Shown here: piece by piece, positions 23,189-35,448 of the stretch
Layout: each line of letters begins with the position of its first letter
Position numbering within the stretch: position 1 is the stretch's first letter
IMG/VR virus record: IMGVR_UViG_3300044625_001067
Span: 1-64,000 of that record
DNA: 64,000 bases
Reading direction: 5' to 3' (one strand)
Program-made: the position numbers and the translations under genes
Notes under the pieces: generated by a model
Told to the model about the DNA's origin: nothing
Seen by the model: the letters and a program-made list of their open reading frames with translations, nothing else
Database searches by the model: none

Positions 23189-25553
23189 TACCTCGGCCTG
23201 AAGCCAATGCGGCGAGCGGGGCGGTTTCCCGCCTTGCTCCCACCGCTAAAACACGCTATACTATATTCAGTGAACCGAACGGCCATGTCTCACGCTCAAG
23301 AGCTCCAGGCAATCTTCCAGATCCACGCAATTCCAGAGCAGGCTCAGAACGAGCTGCGCGAACTGTTCAAAAAGAGCAACAGAGACGGTTTTCAGGAAGG
23401 ATGGCGTGAGGGCCACGAAGACGGGTTTTACGAAGCTGTCGACGAGTGAGTCCCTGAACTTTTCTCTTTAATGGCGAGTCTCGCTCGTCTAGCACCTCTG
23501 AAAACCAACCATGGAAACAATTGACAAGTTAGTTCACCTGGTGCGAAGGACGGAGAACTTTGTCCCTCGTCTTTCCTCTGCCGACTTCTACGAAAGAGAA
23601 GGTGTTTCGGTTCTTGAGGAGGACGCAGGGTACTCCATTACCCTTCGAAGCCAAACTGGTGACTTACATGTTATTGACGGGTACGGTCCAGGTGGAAGAT
23701 TCATCGAGTGGCGGAAGGGTGATGAAACTGTTGCTCAAAAGTGGCTGGAGAAGCTAGGGGGTTAACCGCCCCGACTAGGACGGTTCCCCGCCTTGTTTTC
23801 CTATGGAAAAACGGTATAGTAAAAGTATGGAAAACAACCAACGCTTGGAGGGAAGCAGAATGAAAGGGACTCCAGTGAATGCCCCGAAGAGAGACACCCT
23901 GAGAGCCGCAAGTTACAACGCGCTCTGGTTCCTTGGCCCGTTGAACAAACGAGTGAAGCTCTCCCAGGCACTCGCAACTGGCACGGCGGATGACGTTCGC
24001 TTTGCCGCTCAGGCATCCCTGTCTGGCGTAACATGCCCCAAGGCCCACAAGCGCCTTGAACTTGCCCTGCGAGTGCCTCGTATATGACGTGCAGACCCGA
24101 TCCCCGTACCTTCCGGGGCACCAGCCAAGTATTCCTCCCCTGTATCGCATAATTCCTTTGTACGACCGAGTGCCTTCAGAGAAGCAAGCTGAGAGAAGGG
24201 CGGTTAACCGAACCGCCACGGGCGGTTTACCGGCTTGGTTTTCCGAAGGAAAAGCGGTATAGTAAGTGCATGGAAAACACCGCTCCCATGACCGCCACAC
24301 TCACCAAGGTTCTTCACGCCTACGGCAACCTTGAGGTTCAAGAAACGATGCGCTTCGCTAACATGTCAAGCGCAGCACGCTTTCGCCGCGACATGCTCAA
24401 CAAGCGTGTGGGCAGACCATGCGCCGGATCCGCCTACACCATCATTGCCGTTGAGTGGTGAGCATGGACACCTGTAAAGAGCCCGTGTGGGTTAGCCCTG
24501 CCAAGAGCACGCCCGAGCCCTTTGAGGAAGTTCAGGTGAGGGTGGGCGAGGTTGTCAACCCTCGCCGCTTTGCGAGGCAGTCCAGTTACGTTTTATCGGC
24601 CTATATTAACGGGATGGGGGAATGGCGCCAGTTTTGGAGCCCTTCTCGCGAGCCCTTGGTCGGTGTTGTGTCCTGGCGTTACCCTCCTAGAGCCAGGCCA
24701 TGAAGGAGAAAGACCGAAATACAACTCTAATCACCCTGATCGTCGGGGCCTTAGTAACCTTCCTTCTTGAGACCTTTTTCACCGCACCATGAAGTACGAA
24801 TTTCACCTCACCGCTAGAAATCCCCGACTTGTTCGCACTCTTAACTACGGGATTGAAACCTTTGAAGCAGGTACTCCAATTCTCGCGATAACAAACATTG
24901 ACGAAGACGGCTGCTCCCTCGCCACGGACTGGATGACCGCCCAGAAGGCTTCACTCAGTGACGGGCACATTGCGGCTTTACGCTACCTTTTCAACTCTCA
25001 AAACAAGCTCGGGTGGTACTACGGCACAATAAACGAGCCGGACCGCAAAAAGATCGAAGTTGAGTACAGCCCAGAATGCGCCCCGAAGGAATACCTTTAC
25101 ATTGAGACTCACTTTCAAGTAAGTGCAGAGGAAGCGAAAGAGCTAAAAACTGGTATCAGTCGCAATTTGTTCAGCGGAACCCTAATAGCTACAGAGAGGT
25201 GCTACGAATCGGGCAATTTCCACGAGTTTGCCCAGAGGCACGCAGCGTTAGGCCGCAAGGTCGAGTTGTGCTTGCTTGACACGAACGTCCGGCGCGACGC
25301 TGAGGGCCGGTGGATGAAAGTTCCGAAGAAAATTGGCATCATGTCAGAGGCGTCACGTAAGACTCTTTCGGATGAGTACGGCAAGGTGTCACGATCACGT
25401 AAACTTTGGGAGGTTTCCTAACTTTCTCTACCCGCACAAGACGAGCAGCCCTGGCCCATTAAACTACCTCAGCACCCTTGACTCTTGGCTCCCAATGACT
25501 GAAACCACCAAAGTCTTTCAGTATAGGATTCTTGAAGAACTCCTATTGACCAC

Positions 25554-26078
25554 TTGAGCGAGTTTAAGAACCACGACCGTTTAACTGTTTTTTATCACAA
25601 GGGCACAACGTGTGTTCAATGCAGTAGAACCGGGACTCGCCTCATTAAAGGAGAAGGTAGAGGCGGTTGCCATTGGGACATTTACACAGACGATCTATAT
25701 CCTCTTACTGTTGATCACATTATCCCTAAATCTCGTGGTGGTGGTGAGGAACTCGAAAATAAGCAACCAATGTGTGCGGGTTGCAACTTCAACAAAGGGA
25801 ACGGGGATAAGCCGTACAGCCGCACTGACTGGGTACCTGCAGGGTTCTCTAAATGTTCTCTTCTGAAGGACTTGAGCCTATTAGTGGGAAAGCCAGTCTG
25901 GAAGCGTTCCCCCAAACCAAACTCCAATCGAAAGCACAAAAAACTATACCATTTTGGAACTTGTTCTGAAGTTGCAATCAATCCGCTAACCAAGAGAATA
26001 GCCGCAGCTGTTGCAGAAAAGCCTGGCGTCTTATTTGACTTGAGAACTCTTTTTGTTCCACAAGGCGAGTATTCCTAG
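25554..26078 (+). CDS. HNH endonuclease
   Basis: CxxC...'LTVDHIIPKSRGG...NKQPMCAGCNFNKG'. Confidence 0.85.
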   Translation: MSEFKNHDRLTVFYHKGTTCVQCSRTGTRLIKGEGRGGCHWDIYTDDLYPLTVDHIIPKSRGGGEELENKQPMCAGCNFNKGNGDKPYSRTDWVPAGFSKCSLLKDLSLLVGKPVWKRSPKPNSNRKHKKLYHFGTCSEVAINPLTKRIAAAVAEKPGVLFDLRTLFVPQGEYS

Positions 26079-26343
26079 CTCCCTACCACCACTTAACTAA
26101 ACACTCATGAGCACCGCTAACATCAACACTAATCTTCCGGCGATGGCCGTCAAACGTACTTTCTTTTATGCTGGATTTGTCCAAATAGCTGACGGAGTCC
26201 AAGACTTCTTTCATGGATTCTACAGCACCGACAACTTCGACCCCGAGGCTGGGTTTGATCTTGTGCTAACCGAAATTACGCAGCATTTGGGCTCCGATCC
26301 GGGTAAAGTGCACATCTCTACCTTCACACCTTTGTAGTCTTAA

Positions 26344-26964
26344 ATGACGCACCCCATGGAAGACGATGCAACATCCTATAACCCTGCCGACGATAGTTTT
26401 GTCGCCACCGTCAACGAACTTGCGGTACGTACCGGCCAAAGCAAAGCAGAAGTTCTCGCGAATGCTGTGAACTTGTATTACGACTTTGTTGATAAGCAGC
26501 AAAGTACCGACCAAGAAAAAGTTGAGATTCAACCTGGTGCTACAGCGCTAATTCAACAGAAAGGTTCATGGTGGGTTGGATGGGTTGAAGAAGCCACCGG
26601 GGTGAACGCTCAGGAACGCACTCGTGACAGTCTTCTTGCGTCTTTGACAGAAATCCTTAGGGAAGAAGAGACACTTCGACGAAAGAAGAGGGAGAAACTA
26701 CCCTCGGACGAAACCCTGGTGTGGGGTATAGCTGAGCTGTTCTATCAGCTGAATGGTGACTGGCTGAGTGCAAACGATGTAGCAACTGGGCTTGGCATAG
26801 GTGTTAATCATGCGCGGTACATCTTGGAAGAATCCCGGCAGTTTCTCCACACAACGGGCTTCGGTCACCCTCGCCTGTACACCACCAAGAAAAAATACTT
26901 CAGGTGGTCTAACCTAAAGCATATAATCGCGGACTTTCTTTCGCAGCAAATTTCTGTTAAGTAA
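26344..26964 (+). CDS. chimeric protein: RHH/CopG-like + HicB-like segment + HTH-like C-terminus
   Basis: 'VNELAVRTGQSKAEVLANAVNLY' (RHH-like); 'TALIQQKGSWWVGWVEEATGVNAQERTRDSLLASL' (HicB/UPF0150-like). Confidence 0.6.
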   Translation: MTHPMEDDATSYNPADDSFVATVNELAVRTGQSKAEVLANAVNLYYDFVDKQQSTDQEKVEIQPGATALIQQKGSWWVGWVEEATGVNAQERTRDSLLASLTEILREEETLRRKKREKLPSDETLVWGIAELFYQLNGDWLSANDVATGLGIGVNHARYILEESRQFLHTTGFGHPRLYTTKKKYFRWSNLKHIIADFLSQQISVK

Positions 26965-28204
26965 GCAACTCTATGACCAATCTCGAACCAGAAGGTGAAA
27001 GTTATCCGTACAATGTGGGAGTAAGCGAAAAGGGCAAGAAGCACGCTGAAAGAATTGCAGCGTTACTGGAGCTTGACGAGTGGTGGCAAGCTTACGGTAT
27101 TGGTTTTCTTTTTGCGATAGACCACGCTGAAGCCCACGTCAAGGGTAGCACCGAAGTAGTATTTTGCAGGCCAGAAGTTAAGGAGCTGCTGGAGAACAAT
27201 CAGCAGTTTATTGAAGCACTTTGCGAAGAAGGTGTAGTCGAGTGGCTGACGCCGTTTGTCTTAGCCAAGTTGAAAAACAAGAGTACCACGCCAAACTAAC
27301 CAATCATAGATCTAAAATCATGAACATACTTCAGTCTATTTGCCGCGCCATTCGTGCTCCCTTAATAACCTTTCTGTGCCGCATCGGAGTTCATCAGTGG
27401 CACTTCCTGCTATCCGAGGTTGGTTACGTCCCCTTTAAAGGCTGGCCGAGTGGTACGACATGCCTTCACTGTAGAAAGCCACACCCTTGCTCCACCCCTA
27501 GTCTAAGAGACAAGAATGCTAGATGAACGTTTCATCGGGGGCGGCTTCGATGATTTCCTACGTGGAGAAGGATTCATATGCGGCAAAGAGACAGGGCTTA
27601 AGATAGCCGCAGGAAATCCAAACGTTTTCGTAACGAATCTCTGCGACTATTACGGTCCGTACATAATGAGGTATATAGGTATAATTGATCTGGCGGAAGC
27701 CCTTCGCCTCAATGACCTTGATGTAGTATACAAGTGGACAAAAAAGTTTCACCCTGTGCACTACTTCTCTAGCCACCTCCTTACGAACAGACAAAAGTGC
27801 GAGAGTGGGAGTGGGTGCATGAAGTGGGACGTGTGGACTGCCGTTACCGAGGACAACCCAGACTGGCGTGCTATTCCAGGAACACCCTACTACGGGAAAC
27901 TAACCGTCAGGAACCTTAGAAAGAAGTTACTCCCAATTGCCATAGACGAGAAAAAGGTAGAACAGTGGATTTCTGCTTCATCGGAAATTCCAGGGTTATA
28001 CACCGTATTAACCGTTTAACCTCCCGAATTTTGGCTAAACTAGTGCGGTAGGTGCGCTTGGCGCAACCCGCGAGCAAGTTTCATCTACAAATGTACAAGA
28101 GGCTCTCTCCGAGTACTCGTCGTACAAACAAGACTCATCCTAGCGCAAGCTTCAGCGTGCTCTGACTCGTAGGGGTCACACGTGTCGTTTCTTGTAGCAG
28201 AAGG

Positions 28205-28996
28205 GTGCATATAAACCAAACAACTATTCAAACAATGTTTAGAACTGATGGCTCCACACACTACTCCGGTGTGTTGAACGAACTTGAGACCATACGAGTA
28301 ATGCAGCAGTTGAACCTCCTGAGCGAGGAAACTACACGACTCGGGGGCACACGGCATAAGGCCGACTGGGAGGATAGAGGAGTTTCCTACAGTGCCAAAC
28401 ACAAGTCTTGCTTGGGTAAGGGATCCTTTGATTGGATTAATACAACACGCCTAGGACAAAGCGACACAGACATAGTTAAAAACTTTCTCAGAAATGTTCA
28501 CGAACTTTCCTGTAAGGTTGTTCCAGACAAGGCAAACACGGCAGTTGTGAAAACTGCACGGAGCCTTTTCTCGGATACCTCACGGGAACTTTTGGATGAA
28601 TGGACCTCGGACAACCTTTCTGATTTTCTGTCAGAACACCTTGTTGGACCCAACCGAAGTATGCAGTGTGTGATAACAGAGTCCAGCAAGCGAAAGTTGT
28701 ACATTTTTCCAGTGAGCAATCACCCTGCGGTCCGAATGCTGAAACAAGGATACACTCCAAAGTTGAGTGGCACCGCAAAAGGTTCTCGTAAAATCACGTT
28801 TTGCAAGGGGTCGGAAGAAGTAGAATCGGGACTTAGGCTTCGCCTAACGTTGAATAATGGTGTAAAAGCTCTTTTAGGGTTAGCTACGGATAAGGATGGA
28901 AGGAAAAAGCACAGCAGCTTGGTTGCAAAACTTCAGCAGGATAACATAAAGCAGCTTGTTGAAAGGAGCGACGCCGAAGTTTATGACTATGCGTAA
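28205..28996 (+). CDS. hypothetical protein (263 aa)
   Basis: Long ORF; no recognised motif. Confidence 0.6.
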   Translation: MHINQTTIQTMFRTDGSTHYSGVLNELETIRVMQQLNLLSEETTRLGGTRHKADWEDRGVSYSAKHKSCLGKGSFDWINTTRLGQSDTDIVKNFLRNVHELSCKVVPDKANTAVVKTARSLFSDTSRELLDEWTSDNLSDFLSEHLVGPNRSMQCVITESSKRKLYIFPVSNHPAVRMLKQGYTPKLSGTAKGSRKITFCKGSEEVESGLRLRLTLNNGVKALLGLATDKDGRKKHSSLVAKLQQDNIKQLVERSDAEVYDYA

Positions 28997-30376
28997 AAAG
29001 CTTAGCTTAAACGTCCCTTGCCAAGGGCGGTTTACCCCCTTTGCATTTCCGAAAGGAAAGCGGTATAGTTACTTTGTAACAACCTTGTCCCCCTATGACA
29101 ACTTGGCGCTACAGCGACCAAATGAACCCCTACGGGTTTAAAGACCTAGTAGAAGGTGTGAAAACTCCGCAGTCTCACCCGTACAGCTACGACCCTTTCA
29201 CGATCTGGAAGAACCGTGTAAAGTCGACAAATGCCGTCTACTCCGACCGACTTCTGAGTTGGGATCGCAAAAGGCACGACGAACTTTGCAAGAGACACTT
29301 CAAAAATCAAGGGCACGACTGGTCTCATCGCGATCCCCGCAAAATTGAACGCTTTCTGAGAGATTACTTCGACAGTCCCGCACTGGTTCTTTGCGAGGTT
29401 GTCCAGGGTTGCAACTTAAGTAATGGGTACCCCTACTGGGCCTTTCTCTACACTTCACCTGCACTTGAACAATGACCCACATTTCCTTCCTAACTCTCGT
29501 CCCTCTAGCAGAAACTCACTTCGACGTCACATCAGTGCCAAGGGTGGGAGATGAGATTTGCCTGGAAGCTCCTAATGGTGCTCTTGTGATGTTCAAGGTG
29601 AAAAAAGTCACATGGTACGCGGCAAGAGAGCCCTACAAGGGGCTTGAGGCAGAAGTTGATCTTTCGCTGGTGGGGCGCCAAGGGGGTCACCTCTTGCACT
29701 AGGGCGGTTTACCCCCTTGCCCCTGCTGCTAAACCACGCTATAGTAAATACAGCGAACCAACTCACGCACTCCAAAAATGAAGATCAACTTTCGCACCGA
29801 GTCATCGGTCAAACTTCAGAGGAAGTCCTGCAAATCGTCCGTAGTCCCCCGTGTAGGTGAAACGATTGAGTTACCTGCTCGAGACGGGGAGGAGCCTCTT
29901 ACGGCTGCGTACACAGTGAGTAGAGTAGTTTGGGAGATAAACGATTTCTACACGGATACAGATGACCTTCAAGTTACGGTCCACCTGGTTTTTCTCGGGT
30001 TTGAAGGACCCACGACCCAATCGCCATTCCCATTCCCCCTTCCCGCATGAACACCGAAGCCATCGAAGCGGCTTGCAACGAAGCTTGCCGAGACGTTGCA
30101 GGGCTGATACTCTCCCGCAAGGCTTCAGGTAGGCCCTTACCAACATCTGAGGTTTTAGCGGTTGGGCTGGAACGATTGCTTTCTCACGGGGTCACACAGA
30201 AAGACCTGTGGAACTGTGTAGATGCCTTGTTCAGGAGGGCCGAAGACCTGAAATTTCAGAAACTTGTAGAGTTTCGCACCCTAAAGTAGAACGGTAAACC
30301 GTTTGCTCCGGGGCGGTTTCCCCCCTTGTTTCTGCGTCGCAGAAACGGTATAGTTACTTTATTGACCTCCGACCCA

Positions 30377-31111
30377 ATGACCACCTTTCAGTTCTACGAA
30401 GTTGGCGGTTGCGTCCGAGATTCTCTCCTTGGCCTTTCAAGCAAGGACGTTGACTTCTCCGTTGTTGCTCCCGACGGCTTCAACACAGCAGATAGTGCCT
30501 TTCTGGCTATGGAAGCCCAGCTTACCGAGCAAGGCTTTCAAATCTTCGAGTCTCGCCGTGAGTTCCTGACTATTCGGGCGCGGGTCCCGAAGGGCCATGA
30601 ACTGGGAGCCCGCACCGCTGTCGCCGATTTCGTACTGGCCCGCCGAGACGGCCCTTACAGCGATGGCAGGCGGCCAGACTGGGTCGCCCCTGGTACCCTG
30701 GCCGATGACCTGGCTCGGCGTGACTTTTCTGTAAATGCACTCGCCCGAGGCGTGGACGGCACCCTGATAGACCTGTTTGGTGGTGTGGAGGATTTGGGTG
30801 CCAGTCTGCTGCGCTTTGTGGGTGACCCTACGAAGAGAATCGCTGAGGATGGCCTCCGTGTGATGCGTGGACTCCGCTTTCATGTAACCAAGGGGTTTGA
30901 TGTCGAGGCCGAAACTTGGAAAGCCCTTATCTCCGAGTTCGCTGCGGAGAAGCTCTCGAAAGTCTCCGTCGAAAGAGTGCGCGAAGAGCTGAACAAAATG
31001 TTCCGTGCAAACACCTTGCACTCTCTTCGTTTGCTCGGTGAGCTGCCTCAGCACACCCAAGAAGCGATCTTCCGCGACGGTCTCCGCCTCGACGCCACAA
31101 TGGCTCAGTGA
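30377..31111 (+). CDS. cca: tRNA nucleotidyltransferase (CCA-adding/poly(A) polymerase family)
   Basis: 'VGGCVRD.LLG...KDVDF', 'DLARRDFSVNALA', 'EDGLRVMRGLRF', 'VSVERVREEL'. Confidence 0.92.
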   Translation: MTTFQFYEVGGCVRDSLLGLSSKDVDFSVVAPDGFNTADSAFLAMEAQLTEQGFQIFESRREFLTIRARVPKGHELGARTAVADFVLARRDGPYSDGRRPDWVAPGTLADDLARRDFSVNALARGVDGTLIDLFGGVEDLGASLLRFVGDPTKRIAEDGLRVMRGLRFHVTKGFDVEAETWKALISEFAAEKLSKVSVERVREELNKMFRANTLHSLRLLGELPQHTQEAIFRDGLRLDATMAQ

Positions 31112-31688
31112 GGTCCTTGCTGACCTCTCACTCCTCACCTTAAACTAAACTAATGAACCTCTCACGCTGGCCTTCAACAAAAACCAATGGGCTGAAACCT
31201 TGGTATCTCATCCTAAAGTCTAGTCTGGTTTTTCCTTTTTCTTCTTTTTTCGGTATTGGCCTTTACCTGTGCCTTCTTATCGACCGGGGGAATGAAGTCG
31301 CAGTGTCCTTCAGAAAGGACTGGTTGGATATGTGATGTTTACTACACGTTGGCGGGAAACCCCATCTGTAAGTGAACCCCCGGAGTTTGGACCCGAAGAG
31401 GATCCGACTCAGTACCGTAAGGCTCAGTTAAACCCTTCCGTGGGGCGGTTTACCGCCCTTTCTTTTCCGTGAGGAGCACGGTATAGTTAGTGTGCAGCAC
31501 GAACAACCCAAGCCAATGAAAAATCACCCGAACATCAACTCGTTTCTCACGCTGGCTGAGGAGATTCAAGATCTGCAAAAGGCTAAGGATCTTCTTCAAG
31601 AGGTTTGGTTAGCTGATGGGCGAGAAGTGAATCTTTCCTTAGAACTGTCCAGGAAACTTGACGAGTACTTCGAGGTTGACGACAGCGA

Positions 31689-32156
31689 ATGAAGCCCGTT
31701 ATTTTGGGGAGTTGTCTTTATGAAGACCCTGAAGGTTTAGAATGGTTAAGGACTATGGCACATCAAGAGGAAAAGAACGACATACAGGAGACTTATAAGC
31801 TGAACACTTTCCCAAACTGTATTGGTGCCACTCTGAAAGAGTTAGCTCATTCGTGGGGTTACAAGCCACGAGTGTCCAGGATCGATGGAGAGGGTGCGTT
31901 CGTTCCAATTAGTGGGTCAGCAGGGTGGCATACCGACCCTGGTCTTGGCACCTTATTGTCTTGGATTGTTTGGACAACCCCCGCGAAAAATCCACCCCAA
32001 TTGATCACTTCACACGGTGCACTTCTCGTTGATAAAGGAGATATATTCGTCTTCAACGCCAACAAAGGCCACGCATGGTTTTCGAGCACTCGCTGTGTGC
32101 TTGCTCAGATTCCAGTATCAAAACTCCCCACGAAACCCCGAAGTCCCAAACCATGA
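31689..32156 (+). CDS. putative 2OG-Fe(II) oxygenase / cupin
   Basis: HxD ('GWHTDPG') and distal H ('GDIFVFNANKGHAW'). Confidence 0.6.
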   Translation: MKPVILGSCLYEDPEGLEWLRTMAHQEEKNDIQETYKLNTFPNCIGATLKELAHSWGYKPRVSRIDGEGAFVPISGSAGWHTDPGLGTLLSWIVWTTPAKNPPQLITSHGALLVDKGDIFVFNANKGHAWFSSTRCVLAQIPVSKLPTKPRSPKP

Positions 32157-32545
32157 CCATCGTACACAGCACTCCTGTCCTTCAGTCTACCACTCGCACA
32201 GGTAAAGCCAAGTTCTGGCAAGAGTGTGTGGCAAAACGGTTTCCCGACTTGTTTTCCCGAGAGGAAAGCGCTATAATAGGTTTATGCAAACAGGCCTGAG
32301 TACATCCTGATAAAACATGAGAGATACCCAAAGTAGCGTCCATACAACACACTGCTGTCGCAAATGTGGCTGCAAGTACTTTGACCCTGACTGTCCAGTT
32401 GAACTTGGTGTACTGGAAGCTGAGTATGACTGCGAGGATTGTCAGGGGCGAGAAGAAGAGCTACGAGAGCAATTTTCCAAAATGGACTTTCACGAGTTGT
32501 CACAAACTCTACACTTACTCCACAGTTTCATAGATGCTAAGACCA

Positions 32546-32881
32546 ATGAACGAAGATAAACTGGGCGAAGTCTCAGACGGTTACCACACCTTTGACGAAC
32601 TTTACGAGCACAGGCACAGCCTGTTCCTTGCCCTGATGCGTTGCCTGCCTTACTGCTCCTGGCTCAGCCGTTGGCACGATGATGGAACTTTCTTCGAAGG
32701 TATGTTCATTTGCGGCATCGACTTACCCCGCGCAGGCGGCACAGTAACGTACCACCTTCCAGAGAGGCTCTGGGCTACAGCGGTGGCCACAGGTGCGAAG
32801 AAACTAGAAAGAGCGCCTAAATGGGACGGTCACACTTCAGACGATGTCGTCTCACGTTTAATCCACTTTGCAACTTTTTAG
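32546..32881 (+). CDS. conserved phage protein with WDGH motif
   Basis: 'SDGYHTFDELYEHR...WDGHT'. Confidence 0.65.
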   Translation: MNEDKLGEVSDGYHTFDELYEHRHSLFLALMRCLPYCSWLSRWHDDGTFFEGMFICGIDLPRAGGTVTYHLPERLWATAVATGAKKLERAPKWDGHTSDDVVSRLIHFATF

Positions 32882-32957
32882 CTCAGCAGAGTATCCCGAC
32901 GGTTTAGCACAGAAAAAGTTCAGATTAACAAAACCCAAAGCAACACATTAAACAGCA

Positions 32958-33848
32958 ATGAGTCATTTCACAGTTATGGTTATTGGCCCCGACCCCGAGG
33001 CCCAACTTGCACCGTACCACGAGTTTGAGTGCACAGGAGTAGACGATGAATATGTCCAGGATGTTGACACCACAGAGGATGTCCTCAGCCGCTTAACAAT
33101 AGCGGGTGTAGACGGTAAGACGGAAACTTTGCAGGAAGCTCTTGAGTACGAGGGTCTCGAAAATAGGGTTGTTGGGGACTTATCTGAAGTTGAGACGGAG
33201 GGGGACCACAAGTACGGCTGGGTCCTTGTTCAAGGCGGTCAGTTAGTGAAAGCTGTGAGGAGAACCAATCCGAACGCAAAGTGGGACTGGTACCAAGTTG
33301 GCGGGCGATGGACTGGCTTCCTTAAGCTAAAATCCGGTGCAAAAGGAAGAGTCGGTGAACCAGGACTAATGACACAACCTGCCTCGGTTGGTAGGGCAGA
33401 CGCGGCACTTTTCGGCGACATAGACATTGAGGGAATGCGCCATGATGCCGGAGAAGAAGCCTCTGAGCGTTGGATTCGTGCTCGAAAGGTAGCACCGGAA
33501 CCTTGGGAGAGTTGGGAGTCTGTTCGAAACCGATTCGACTCCCTTGACGATGCGCGAGAGTTTTACCACGGTCAAAATGCCGTTAAAGCTTTGACTCGTG
33601 AGCAATTTTGGGACAGAAAGGACCAGTTTCTAACTGATCACGGCACCTACATCGAAGACGCACGAAACGCCGCACTGTCAACTTTTGCAATCATCTACCA
33701 AGGAACCTGGTACGAGCGTGGAGAAATGGGATGGTTTGGGTGTGTCTCCGACGAGAAAGAAAGGGATGTTTGGTTAGAAACCGTTGAGGAAATTCTGAGC
33801 AAGCTAACGCCCACCGATTTAGTCACAATTGTTGACTGCCACATTTAA
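32958..33848 (+). CDS. conserved phage hypothetical protein
   Basis: 'MSHFTVMVIG', 'NPNAKWDWYQVGGRW', 'GEMGWFG', C-terminal 'VDCHI'. Confidence 0.75.
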   Translation: MSHFTVMVIGPDPEAQLAPYHEFECTGVDDEYVQDVDTTEDVLSRLTIAGVDGKTETLQEALEYEGLENRVVGDLSEVETEGDHKYGWVLVQGGQLVKAVRRTNPNAKWDWYQVGGRWTGFLKLKSGAKGRVGEPGLMTQPASVGRADAALFGDIDIEGMRHDAGEEASERWIRARKVAPEPWESWESVRNRFDSLDDAREFYHGQNAVKALTREQFWDRKDQFLTDHGTYIEDARNAALSTFAIIYQGTWYERGEMGWFGCVSDEKERDVWLETVEEILSKLTPTDLVTIVDCHI

Positions 33849-34351
33849 CCCCGCGTCTACCCTATAAAACATAAGCAGGGCGGTTTCCCGAACATAAGCA
33901 GGGCGGTTTCCCGGCTTGTTTCTGCTCAGCAGAAACGGTATAGTAAGTTCATGAAAAGCAAAGCCCCGATGATCTACGCCACCGCCGCTCGCTCCCCAAT
34001 CGCGCACATCCTGGGCGGGTCCCAGTTCACCGCAGAACCTTGCGACTCTCCCGCAAAACAGCGGAGGCAGTGGTGGGACGTGTGTGAGCGCCCAGACCAA
34101 GACATTTGCCTTGAGGACGGCGAGTTTCAGCTTTCCGGACCGCACGGCTTCCGCAGAATCGCACGGTTTACAGGGCGAATGCGCTGGGTCAACTCCCACA
34201 CCTGCGCCCCCACAGTCGAAGTCTTCGATGTGGAAACGGTAGTTGCAATGGTTGGTGACCTGCCTGTGATCCTGGGGTGCCGAGGCGAGCGCATCAAGGG
34301 AACCTGGTGGACTCACTGGAATGCTGTGAACCACGATGTTGTTGCCTTGCA

Positions 34352-34816
34352 GTGAAGAACGTGAAAGTTTTCCTTGACGATGAAAGGCCCACGCCAGACG
34401 GCTGGGTCCGTGCCTTCACAGCTCCTGAAGCCATCGATCTTCTTAAAACCGGAAAGGTTACACAACTTTCCCTTGACCACGACCTTGGGCCGGAAGACGC
34501 AGGAACTGGATACGACGTTTGCCTGTGGGTGGAAGAGAAAGTCTTCTCTCAAGACTTTTGTACTGAGGACCCTTTTACACCTCCAATCATGAGTGTGCAT
34601 TCCGCCAACCCTGTTGGCCGGCAACGAATGGAATTTGCTATTCAAATGATTTACCATCACTTCAAGGTTACTCAGCCTGTGGTGTGGGACTCCTTTAAGG
34701 AAACCCTCCAAGAGAAGCGACGTAGCGGGTCCAGAGAAGCCTTAGATGCCCTTGCAAAGCTTGGCCAGGAGTCTAATGATTACGGTGATGATTACGGACC
34801 AACGACGCGAGACTGA
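34352..34816 (+). CDS. cyclic-phosphate-processing receiver-like domain protein
   Basis: 'VFLDDER', 'LSLDHDLG', 'TGYD', 'VHSANPVG'. Confidence 0.8.
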   Translation: MKNVKVFLDDERPTPDGWVRAFTAPEAIDLLKTGKVTQLSLDHDLGPEDAGTGYDVCLWVEEKVFSQDFCTEDPFTPPIMSVHSANPVGRQRMEFAIQMIYHHFKVTQPVVWDSFKETLQEKRRSGSREALDALAKLGQESNDYGDDYGPTTRD

Positions 34817-35448
34817 ACTCGCTTCAGATTCCAACACGAGGACAGACCGTTGCCGGTACGGTTTTCCGCCCCCTTATTCCCTCCACAAAAGGGGCTATAG
34901 TTAGGGGGTAAGAAACACGAACAAAATGGGCGTCATTGCCGACTCACTCCGCTCCACACTTCGAGAGCTGGCTCAGGCCGATGCCCGGCTCTACCGGGGC
35001 CTGGCCGACGAGCTTGGGTCTCATGCTCCAGCGCTCCCTAGCGCCGTGACTGAGGCGGAACTGGCCGCTGCTGTCGCGCTGCTCAAGGCTAACGGGTACC
35101 GGGTCACGCCGCCCAAAACCTGAGATTCCCTGCCCCCCGCACTCTATCCTCATGGAAAACCCCACCGACGCAGAAATCGAAGCTCTCCTGCAGGAGGTAG
35201 ATGCGGTTATCGCCGCATCGAACGCGCTAGACGAACGCACCGAGCGGCTCCTGCGGGGTGGCAGCGTGGCGGTCCGCATGGCCGATCTGGCCCTTCAGAT
35301 GGACCAGGGCCGGCAGGAGCTGGATGAGATCGAGCGGCAGCAGGCCGCCATCGAAGACGAGATCGAGGCAATGGAAGCAGAGTAGCGGCGCAAAATGATA
35401 CCTGAATTCCTACGCCTGCGAACACAGGAAGACACTTAAATCATCCCA

